From a virus: a stretch of 64,000 nucleotides of DNA. This document shows positions 6,260-13,544 of the stretch, one piece after another. Position 1 is the first letter of the stretch. Every line of letters starts with the position of its first letter. Under the pieces are notes generated by a model. It ran no database searches, had not been told where the DNA came from, and saw only the letters and a list, made by a program, of their open reading frames with translations. The translations under genes and the position numbers were made by a program. The stretch lies in the IMG/VR virus record IMGVR_UViG_3300043446_003513, positions 42,680-106,679 of that record. One strand, written 5' to 3'.

Positions 6260-6430
6260 TTAATTAAGGTGAAATACTCTTACACAAAAAGCACATGGGT
6301 CTCCACCACTTTCCCATTGGTTCATTTCGTCATCATCCCATGGCGCTCCATCATGAGTGTCACAAAAAACATCTGATATCCAGCCTTGATCATATCCATA
6401 TTTAATCCATTCGTCAAAATCTATAGCCAT
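6260..6430 (-). CDS. 56-aa hypothetical protein (MAIDFDEWIKYG…CDTHDG…GDPCAFC), not in ORF track
   Basis: SD GAGGAG; overlaps the thioredoxin stop; Cys/His metal-ligand pattern. Confidence 0.7.
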   Translation of the reverse strand: MAIDFDEWIKYGYDQGWISDVFCDTHDGAPWDDDEMNQWESGGDPCAFCVRVFHLN

Positions 6431-6726
6431 TGTTTAAGCTCCTCAACTACAAAATGTTTAGGTTTAGCGCCAACAATTCTTTTAACCTCTTTGCCGTTTT
6501 CAAAAACTATGGTAGTTGGAACTGATGTTATTTGATATTTGCTTGATTGAATTGGATTTAAATCAATATCTATTTTTGCAATCCATACGGCATATTCTTT
6601 AGAGATTTCATCTAAGATTGGGGAAAACATTTTACATGGTCTGCACCATTCTGCCCAAAAATCAACAACTAAAACATTGTGCTGTTGTAAATGAGAGTCT
6701 AAATTATCATCAGTTGCTAGTATCAT
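6421..6726 (-). CDS. trxA: thioredoxin
   Basis: VDFWAEWCRPCK, cis-Pro SVPT, GAKPK; ATG 6726 with SD AAGGAG. Confidence 0.93.
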   Translation of the reverse strand: MILATDDNLDSHLQQHNVLVVDFWAEWCRPCKMFSPILDEISKEYAVWIAKIDIDLNPIQSSKYQITSVPTTIVFENGKEVKRIVGAKPKHFVVEELKQWL

Positions 6727-7192
6727 TTTTCTCCTTATGTGTTGGCCAAAAATAGTTACATGTATCACAACATACATACCCTATGTTTCTGTAGTCTGCA
6801 AACTCTGAATAAAACCAATAATGATCTGGATCTTTTTCGTAGAGCCTCCCCTTGTGGCTGTAATGTAACTCTTCTAGTTCTAACCACCAAGGCTTGTCTG
6901 ATTCAACTCCCCAAAAATTATCCCAATATACTTTAATAAACTGATCTCTAGTATTATCCTTATACCCTCTTCTAATTACTTCTTTAATAATTGACTCGTT
7001 ATAAAGTAGTAACCAGTCTTCGTGGCCATCCCACATTCTTACTGCTGGGTGATTAGACCAAGCCCCTGATTCATATAACCCAGCTAAAGATTTTAATATT
7101 TGAAAATTTTCAATTCGCTGTTTCATCAATCTTTTTGAATCTAAACTTTGTGCAATAAGATCAAAGTCCGACTCTGGTAAAAATGTCTGCAT
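6710..7192 (-). CDS. pyrimidine-dimer DNA glycosylase / endonuclease V family (MSMEG_6728-like)
   Basis: MQTFLP…LDSKRL.KQR.E…HPAVRMW.G…SH…LY.KD signature. Confidence 0.85.
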   Translation of the reverse strand: MQTFLPESDFDLIAQSLDSKRLMKQRIENFQILKSLAGLYESGAWSNHPAVRMWDGHEDWLLLYNESIIKEVIRRGYKDNTRDQFIKVYWDNFWGVESDKPWWLELEELHYSHKGRLYEKDPDHYWFYSEFADYRNIGYVCCDTCNYFWPTHKEKNDTSN

Positions 7193-7776
7193 TATTTCCC
7201 GCCCTCTCTATTCGCAAACTTAAACCACGCACTAGCAGTATACCTATTTTTGCCAAAAACTTCAAGCACCTCGTGATAATAGTTTTCATTTCCTGGAAAA
7301 GAAATCGTACTATTTGCAATTGGTTTTATTTTTAAATTATGTTGAGGAAAATGTAGCTCTCCCCCGTCATAATCATCATTTAAATAATAAATAATTGAAA
7401 GGTTAAAATCTGACATAATTTCTTCATCGTAGTGAGCGTTCATGTGTATATTTTTTTTCCATTTATTTATAAACATTGAATTTGATCCTTCGTCTTCTAT
7501 CCGATGCTCAAACTCAACTCCATATTTTTTTTCTATTTGTTCTTTTACGGAAGTAAAAATATTTTGTAAAATATTTTTTATTTCATCTGGAAGATCTTTT
7601 TGATATTGCTTATATATATTTTTTTCTATCTCTAATTCTTCTAAAGTTTTTTCTTTAGTTCCTTGATAATCAAAATCTGCGGTTTCCACAAAATTCAACA
7701 ACTTAATTCTATCAAACTCATTTAAAATATCTGTATGTATCATTATGTTATCGGTGGAACCATCAAATTTAAACAT
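7192..7776 (-). CDS. 2OG-Fe(II) oxygenase, P4H-like
   Basis: HYD…YYLNDDYDGGEL.FP…YHEV…RY. Confidence 0.9.
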   Translation of the reverse strand: MFKFDGSTDNIMIHTDILNEFDRIKLLNFVETADFDYQGTKEKTLEELEIEKNIYKQYQKDLPDEIKNILQNIFTSVKEQIEKKYGVEFEHRIEDEGSNSMFINKWKKNIHMNAHYDEEIMSDFNLSIIYYLNDDYDGGELHFPQHNLKIKPIANSTISFPGNENYYHEVLEVFGKNRYTASAWFKFANREGGK

Positions 7777-7978
7777 CAGATTTTAACTCTTCCGCTGCAG
7801 CATTAAACTTATTCATAAAGTTTTGAATGATAAATATCGTAGTCTCATTAGCATTATTTGCTAAGGCTTTTGAGGACTCCTCTGTTTTATCTTCCTCTGG
7901 AATAGCGTTATACCATTTCTGGTATAACTCTATCGCAAGGTCTCTTATAATCTCTTCTAAGACTGTTAAATTAGCCAT
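7769..7978 (-). CDS. hypothetical helical protein
   Basis: Coupled ORF between the subtilase and the oxygenase. Confidence 0.65.
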   Translation of the reverse strand: MANLTVLEEIIRDLAIELYQKWYNAIPEEDKTEESSKALANNANETTIFIIQNFMNKFNAAAEELKSDV

Positions 7979-8903
7979 TAATAGATGCTCCAATGTTTAT
8001 TAAGCCTGGGAAGGATCCTTGTCTTCCCCGAACCGTTGTTGATGTACGATAAACTAAATCAAATTGTTCTGTAAATGAAAGTCCTGGCTTAGCACTTTTT
8101 ATTGCAATCCATTGTGCTGCAGCAATTTGAGTAGAAGCCGAAGTTCCAGCAGCATTTGCTTTAGCCCCGCCAGGAAGAATTGCAGTCGTATTACCAAGCG
8201 CAAACAACATTTTTAAATTTTTGTCTACATTTGAATACATGGCAATATCATTTTGTTGATCTGTCGCAGACACTGGAATGGCGCCAGCCTCACATGCTGG
8301 CCAATCAACTCTATTATAATCTCTATCATTTCCAGATGAAACAAAGAAAGGTACGTTCATAGAAGAAAGAGTCTTAATATTGTTGTTCACTCTTGCATTA
8401 ACTGGACAGTAATTCTGTCTAGACATCAGATTGTGGTGGCTTTGTGCGCTTGCAACTGCTTGAATATTGTATTTGTCTTTATTATCAATAACCCATTTTA
8501 ACGCATTTTCTACAGATCTTGGGCCAGCAAGTTGCCTACTGCCAGATTTAGTATTACCAATAATTCTAATAAAAACAATTTTCATATTTGGGTTAGCATT
8601 AACAGCAATTGAAGCCATTTGTGTCCCGTGATTAAAATCTCTAGTTACCATAAAATTAAGAGGGATAACTGAGGCTCCAGGGCCCTCCATGAAAGACGTC
8701 CCATTTGGACAGGAATTCCATTCGAGGACACAAACCTCTTGGGCTATCCTATCTTGAAAAATAGGGAGTGATGTATCCAATGCTGTGTCGAGAATAGCTA
8801 AAGCTGGTTGCGCTACTGCATCTTGATTTTTAATCGCTGCATTCGCTGTTGTTGGAATAATTAATAGTAATGATAAAACCGCCAAAATAATTTTTTTATT
8901 CAT
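7971..8903 (-). CDS. secreted S8 (subtilisin-like) serine peptidase
   Basis: Signal peptide; ILDT, HGT, SGN and GTS motifs (catalytic D/H/S plus oxyanion N). Confidence 0.9.
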   Translation of the reverse strand: MNKKIILAVLSLLLIIPTTANAAIKNQDAVAQPALAILDTALDTSLPIFQDRIAQEVCVLEWNSCPNGTSFMEGPGASVIPLNFMVTRDFNHGTQMASIAVNANPNMKIVFIRIIGNTKSGSRQLAGPRSVENALKWVIDNKDKYNIQAVASAQSHHNLMSRQNYCPVNARVNNNIKTLSSMNVPFFVSSGNDRDYNRVDWPACEAGAIPVSATDQQNDIAMYSNVDKNLKMLFALGNTTAILPGGAKANAAGTSASTQIAAAQWIAIKSAKPGLSFTEQFDLVYRTSTTVRGRQGSFPGLINIGASING

Positions 8904-8909
8904 GATGTT

Positions 8910-8938
8910 ATTCTACTAAATTAGGGTTAGTCTGTCAA
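8910..8938 (-). promoter_or_regulatory. leaderless promoter for the subtilase
   Basis: TTGACA-17 bp-TAGAAT; -10 ends 6 nt before ATG; no SD. Confidence 0.75.
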
Positions 8939-9105
8939 TCGTTTTTTGGAAAATTATCTAGATACCACTTATCTGCATCTAATGTAGGATAAGTAGATTT
9001 ATTTAGCTGAATTAAGTAATTGACTAACTGGGTCAATTCATGCATTTCATATTGCATTCTAACGAAATCAAGTTCTAACAACCTAAGTCTTTCAGACTTT
9101 CTCAT
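8935..9105 (-). CDS. 56-aa hypothetical protein (MRKSERLRLLE…), not in ORF track
   Basis: ATGA overlap with the upstream gene; SD GAGG. Confidence 0.65.
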   Translation of the reverse strand: MRKSERLRLLELDFVRMQYEMHELTQLVNYLIQLNKSTYPTLDADKWYLDNFPKND

Positions 9106-9431
9106 TCTGATTCCTCTCGATCTACTGGAGTAGGCGCTGTTGCCAAACTACCACAATTTGCACATTCCATATCCAAAAAATAAGTAGATATTTGATAATC
9201 TTCGAATGAAGCTTTTAGGTTCCAAATGCTACACCCACATATACAAATGTGTGTTGGGGTTCCTCTTAAATCTACTGCATTTTCATAAGTTGGGGGATCA
9301 TAAAAATCTTGTGGCTCTTCTAATCTATCTACATAGTAGAGCCCAACTTTATATCTAGAAAACAAGGCTTTTAAAACATCGAACAAAACAAACATTAATG
9401 CGAAAACCCCTAGCCCTTTTAAGATCTTCAT
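9102..9431 (-). CDS. membrane-anchored zinc-ribbon hypothetical protein
   Basis: N-terminal hydrophobic helix; CICGC…CANCG. Confidence 0.75.
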   Translation of the reverse strand: MKILKGLGVFALMFVLFDVLKALFSRYKVGLYYVDRLEEPQDFYDPPTYENAVDLRGTPTHICICGCSIWNLKASFEDYQISTYFLDMECANCGSLATAPTPVDREESE

Positions 9432-9445
9432 AAGTACATTATACT

Positions 9446-10003
9446 CTATACTTGAATATATGTAAATGGTGAAGAAACGCTCATTGAAAATTCTGAAGCT
9501 GCCTCAAGAGCCAGTTTTAATCTTGTCTTGGGATTCTTTATGTTTTTAGTAGCAAACAAAGCTCCTAGAGCAAAAGCTCCGCCGCTTCCCTCTGCCATGT
9601 AGTTAAAGTTATTTTCTGCAACATGGAAATCCTCATCAATTGTAAAAAGTCTTCCTTCTACTCCAACTAAAAATATTCCGCCAACATCGCCATCTTCGTT
9701 AGGCCCAAAATTTCCGTAACCATTTTCCTTAAAAGCCTCTTTGACAGAGTCAATAAATTTAGTTCTCATGAACTTATCTAATCCATTATTAGTTTTTGTA
9801 GGAGTATATTTTGGTGGGAGCCAATTATATTGTAAAATTTGTCCCATTCTGAAACTATCAGTAAATGCGATTCCGTATTGTCCAACCTTAAATACTTTTG
9901 GATCTTTTCTGACTAAAATCCATCCGCTTTTTTCATCTGAAGCGGCATGATCGGCAGCCATATGGACTACCCCATTTTGAGCTATGGCTACAACACAAGT
10001 CAT
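9446..10003 (-). CDS. HslV/proteasome-beta-like Ntn threonine protease
   Basis: N-terminal MT-C-hydrophobic strand, AAD, KVF and GSGG motifs typical of the Ntn-hydrolase fold. Confidence 0.75.
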   Translation of the reverse strand: MTCVVAIAQNGVVHMAADHAASDEKSGWILVRKDPKVFKVGQYGIAFTDSFRMGQILQYNWLPPKYTPTKTNNGLDKFMRTKFIDSVKEAFKENGYGNFGPNEDGDVGGIFLVGVEGRLFTIDEDFHVAENNFNYMAEGSGGAFALGALFATKNIKNPKTRLKLALEAASEFSMSVSSPFTYIQV

Positions 10004-10036
10004 ACCATACAGTATACTAAATATAAATTCGAAGTG

Positions 10037-10339
10037 CTAGTACTCAATTGTTTGATTAATTAAAGATAATTTAACCAAGGTTTCTTCTAGCTCAGCTTTT
10101 ACGGAAATTAATTCTTGAATAGTAGTATAATATTTATTTTTCCACTCATCTAAATCTTTTTCTAATTTATATAATTTAATTTGAAGATCTTTTAATTCAA
10201 GTTTTAATTCGTCTTGTTCTTTTTCTGCCTTACGAACTTTTTCTCTTTTTTGCTCCTGATAATAGGACAACAAAGATACACCAAATCCGCTTAAAACGGC
10301 GGAAATTAGCGTTAATGCTATTACGGAACTATTATTCAT
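10037..10339 (-). CDS. membrane-anchored coiled-coil protein
   Basis: N-terminal TM helix plus a heptad coiled coil. Confidence 0.7.
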   Translation of the reverse strand: MNNSSVIALTLISAVLSGFGVSLLSYYQEQKREKVRKAEKEQDELKLELKDLQIKLYKLEKDLDEWKNKYYTTIQELISVKAELEETLVKLSLINQTIEY

Positions 10340-10373
10340 TATATGAATATTATACCGTAATTTATTTAATTAA

Positions 10374-10610
10374 TTAAATTAATAGCTCTGAAGCGGAAAT
10401 TTCTTCGCCAATATATCTCTTTTTTAATACAAAATCCTTAACAGAATCCGCACCGTTTTGCCTTCCAGCAATGATTACAGCCCACCTTGGTTCAAATTTA
10501 GATTCAATGCAGGTTTCACACATTAATAGATTAATAGAAAGCAAGGAAGACTTTTTTACATTTAACTTATTCTTAGTCTTATTACATGAATAACACAATA
10601 TTTTTTCCAC
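10374..10610 (-). CDS. zinc-finger hypothetical protein
   Basis: CYSC…CETC. Confidence 0.7.
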   Translation of the reverse strand: MEKILCYSCNKTKNKLNVKKSSLLSINLLMCETCIESKFEPRWAVIIAGRQNGADSVKDFVLKKRYIGEEISASELLI

Positions 10611-11059
10611 TATTCTGTTACCTCTCTGCTACATTCCGTAGCAATAAAAAATCTTACTGGATCAAATCTCCAATTATCCATAGAAAAAATTTTAGCAATT
10701 TCCTTTATTAGTTTTGCGTAAGAGTCTTCTTCAAGTTGCCCTTTAATGCTTAAAAGAATTTTTGCTATTTTATAATACTGTTCTCTAACAAAAACACATT
10801 CACCTGCTGGAGGCCTCTTTAATATTTTTGTAAAAACATTACCGTTTGGCTCGTAGAGTGAAACAGTTAAATATTCTTTTGCAAATCCCCAATCAGTGTA
10901 TGAATTATAACCATTTACTGCGTCTAAACAATTATTAAATATATAGACAGATCTTTCTGGAGTTTCGCCATCTCTAGCAATTGTTAACATATAATTGTTT
11001 TCTGGATTTTCTTTATATTTTTTAATTGTTTCAACCTGTGTATTAACAAAATACTCCAC
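10610..11059 (-). CDS. hypothetical protein
   Basis: 149-aa coupled ORF. Confidence 0.7.
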   Translation of the reverse strand: MEYFVNTQVETIKKYKENPENNYMLTIARDGETPERSVYIFNNCLDAVNGYNSYTDWGFAKEYLTVSLYEPNGNVFTKILKRPPAGECVFVREQYYKIAKILLSIKGQLEEDSYAKLIKEIAKIFSMDNWRFDPVRFFIATECSREVTE

Positions 11060-11259
11060 TATTCGGATTCCTCTACATGTTCAAATACAATTTCGTCAAC
11101 TATTGTAAAATCTTGGTTGTCCAAAAGCTCTTCCTTTTCTACTCCATCTTTAATATATTTTACCACAGATCCATAAACTCCGAGCGTTTCAACTGTTCCG
11201 TAACATTGTTCTTCATGAATTACAACAACTGCTATCCTGTCATAATACTCTTTGCTCAT
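11059..11259 (-). CDS. hypothetical protein
   Basis: 66-aa coupled ORF. Confidence 0.65.
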   Translation of the reverse strand: MSKEYYDRIAVVVIHEEQCYGTVETLGVYGSVVKYIKDGVEKEELLDNQDFTIVDEIVFEHVEESE

Positions 11260-11543
11260 TTTGCACCTTCCAGTTCACATCTTACGCCGTAAGACTCTAT
11301 AGTATTTTTTATCATCTCAATATATTCAATTACTTTTACTCTATGTGATCCATCATATTTTGCAAAATTGCTTTCGTATAATCTTATAGCTAAAAATTCT
11401 GGATATTTAACTATATCCATTTTTAAATCTGGCACAGGACACCTTAATTCTCTTACTCTTTTAGCCATTTCTTTTGTATAAAAAACTGGCTTGTTTGGCT
11501 CACCAGTCCATTGGTTTATGCCATATTTAAAATGATTATCCAT
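11256..11543 (-). CDS. hypothetical protein
   Basis: 95-aa coupled ORF downstream of whiB. Confidence 0.7.
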   Translation of the reverse strand: MDNHFKYGINQWTGEPNKPVFYTKEMAKRVRELRCPVPDLKMDIVKYPEFLAIRLYESNFAKYDGSHRVKVIEYIEMIKNTIESYGVRCELEGAK

Positions 11544-11844
11544 TTTTCTTTCTTATTCTTTTCCATATATCTGGTGTTTTGTGAAGATTCTTAGTTTTAT
11601 CTACAGATCCAGAGTTTAAATAAACTCCACCCCACACCCCATATTCATTATTTTCTATACCAGACTGATAGCAAAGTTTAGAAACTGGGCATCCTAAGCA
11701 TGCCTCATCTACATTTCTAGCTATATTTTGATCAATTTCATATTTATCAAAAAATAGATTTGTATCCATTCCCTTACATACTGCTATGTCATACCAATTA
11801 AAATCTTCTTTATCTATACCTAAACTATCTAAAATGTTTGACAT
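11536..11844 (-). CDS. whiB: WhiB-family Fe-S transcription factor
   Basis: W…AVC…LFF…C.GCPV…C…YGVWGG: four Cys plus the GVWGG turn. Confidence 0.92.
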   Translation of the reverse strand: MSNILDSLGIDKEDFNWYDIAVCKGMDTNLFFDKYEIDQNIARNVDEACLGCPVSKLCYQSGIENNEYGVWGGVYLNSGSVDKTKNLHKTPDIWKRIRKKNG

Positions 11845-12058
11845 ACTTTAATGGCAACTTCCATATCCCAGTTTCATCAACAGAAATTTTTTCTGCTGTT
11901 CCCCATGCACTTTCTCTAAACATTCCGTTAATACTGGTAAAACCATTTGGATTTTTCTTCCAAATTATTAAATCATAATTATTCCAAAAACTGTGTTGGT
12001 TATTAGACTTAGATTTGTCTATAAAAACCTCTACACCCTTTAGTGTAAGATGAAGCAA
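11825..12058 (-). CDS. hypothetical protein
   Basis: 77-aa ORF; TTG start with GGAG SD. Confidence 0.65.
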   Translation of the reverse strand: MLHLTLKGVEVFIDKSKSNNQHSFWNNYDLIIWKKNPNGFTSINGMFRESAWGTAEKISVDETGIWKLPLKYVKHFR

Positions 12059-12079
12059 TTTTTTCTCCGAACTTTATAG

Positions 12080-12152
12080 CTGGCCCACCTGGACTCGAAC
12101 CAGGAACCTATGAGTTAACAGCTCACCGCTCTGCCTATTGAGCTATGGGCCA
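12080..12152 (-). tRNA. tRNA-Asn(GTT)
   Basis: Acceptor TGGCCCA/TGGGCCA; anticodon arm GTGAG-CT GTT AA-CTCAT; GGTTCGAGTCC T-arm; CCA not encoded. Confidence 0.93.
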
Positions 12153-12197
12153 TTACAACTCAATAAGTATAATTATACATTATTAAACAGGTTGATG

Positions 12198-12884
12198 TCA
12201 ACGAAGCTTAAATTTTCTTTTTGCAAAAGAAACTGGGTCTAATTTGCCAGTCCATAAAGTTTTTTCTACCTTTTCTACTGGAACACAATTAGGAACCATT
12301 CTTCCGCCTTTTTCTTTCATGCCAACCTGCTTGTATCCAGTCCAACATTTTTGCATTTCGTTGTCCCATTTATCTTCATCTTCATTATCTGATTTATAAA
12401 TTTCATTTTTATTTTCTGACTCAAGGTCGGTCTGACCATCCATTTTTTCAAAATCTTGATCGTCTTCTATTTCAATTACTGTATCTATTGGATTCATAAT
12501 GTCATCTAATAAATCTGCTAACTCTAGTGCTAAACTGTCTTCGTTTACAAAAGATTTTTTCATGTTCTTTTCTCTTTCAACAATTTTTCTAGACCAAGAA
12601 AATCCAGCATCTCCACCCCAAGCATCCCACATAATTCTTCCATTAGACGGATTTGATGTGTTGTAGAAATCTTTTCCCTTTTTGTCTACTTCATGTCTTG
12701 AAAAGAAAGAATACATGCGCTTAACTGTAGAAAGACTTAATGTTTCTCCACGAGCTAACTGTCCAGCTCTTGTCCAACCAACTGCAGTTCCAGCTCCCTT
12801 TGCCTTACCTTCTTCTTTCCATCTAATTGCTCTTTTTGCCGCTGACTTCATTCCAGAAGTAGGCTTGTATCCTTCTTTTGCCAT
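12198..12884 (-). CDS. phage protein of unknown function, possibly virion-associated
   Basis: N-terminal GWTRAGQL…RM.SFFSRH…W..WGG domain, acidic linker, C-terminal CWxGY…VPNCVP motif. Confidence 0.7.
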   Translation of the reverse strand: MAKEGYKPTSGMKSAAKRAIRWKEEGKAKGAGTAVGWTRAGQLARGETLSLSTVKRMYSFFSRHEVDKKGKDFYNTSNPSNGRIMWDAWGGDAGFSWSRKIVEREKNMKKSFVNEDSLALELADLLDDIMNPIDTVIEIEDDQDFEKMDGQTDLESENKNEIYKSDNEDEDKWDNEMQKCWTGYKQVGMKEKGGRMVPNCVPVEKVEKTLWTGKLDPVSFAKRKFKLR

Positions 12885-13027
12885 TATTTCTCCTTAATAC
12901 TATTAATTTTAATGCTCTTAATTTCATCGTCTACGCTAAAAATATCACTAACATACTCTGAAGCATCATCTTCATTGAACGCCTGAATTTCTATTTCTAC
13001 GTCTAGCTTAATTTTATAGGTGTTCAC
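12884..13027 (-). CDS. 47-aa hypothetical protein (MNTYKIKLDVEIEIQAFNEDDA…), not in ORF track
   Basis: GTG 6 nt downstream of TGCTATAAT (leaderless); TAATG coupling to the next gene. Confidence 0.65.
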   Translation of the reverse strand: MNTYKIKLDVEIEIQAFNEDDASEYVSDIFSVDDEIKSIKINSIKEK

Positions 13028-13043
13028 TAAATAATTATAGCAT

Positions 13044-13074
13044 AAAATAAGGCGACGCCAGAAGCGTCGCCTTA
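13044..13074 (-). terminator. intrinsic terminator
   Basis: TAAGGCGACGC/GCGTCGCCTTA stem followed by TTTT on the - strand. Confidence 0.75.
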
Positions 13075-13084
13075 AATATAGGTT

Positions 13085-13330
13085 TTATTTCTTTACCCCT
13101 TTTTTGTCAACGGCATTAAAAGCTTCATTAATTTCTTCTAATGAAAGCTTACCGTCGTCAAGGAACGAACGTGCTAATTTTTCTACAACGGTAGCAACTC
13201 CAAGACCGCCAGCAAGCATTACTGCCTTCATTGTATCAATTCCAACAACGGCCCCAGCTCCAATTACGGATAGTCCAGATGCTGCAAAAACTGCTACGAT
13301 ACGCATTATTACATTAACCATGCCTTGCAT
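13085..13330 (-). CDS. small 2-TM membrane protein, possible holin
   Basis: Two hydrophobic helices and a charged C-terminus. Confidence 0.6.
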   Translation of the reverse strand: MQGMVNVIMRIVAVFAASGLSVIGAGAVVGIDTMKAVMLAGGLGVATVVEKLARSFLDDGKLSLEEINEAFNAVDKKGVKK

Positions 13331-13331
13331 T

Positions 13332-13544
13332 TTAGTCCTCCTTTTTATTTCTTATTCTTAAAGTAACAATCCAAACAATTGTTGACCAAACAATTGCCCA
13401 TCCAACTATTGTTCTGGCTGCTCCAGTAAGTGTTAGCCATGCGATAAAGAATCCAAGTAGTGTGAATGTTTGATTCATTATTTCAATAAATGAATCCCTT
13501 ATCCATGCAAAAAATCCTTTTATCATTTTAATTACTAGTTTCAT
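13332..13544 (-). CDS. small 2-TM membrane protein, possible holin
   Basis: Two TM segments with basic termini; coupled to the PA14 gene. Confidence 0.6.
   Translation of the reverse strand: MKLVIKMIKGFFAWIRDSFIEIMNQTFTLLGFFIAWLTLTGAARTIVGWAIVWSTIVWIVTLRIRNKKED

Noticed and set aside
13085-13544. Firm holin call
   Set aside because: Topology fits, but the genes are 3 kb from the CHAP gene and co-transcribed with the PA14 protein; left as possible only
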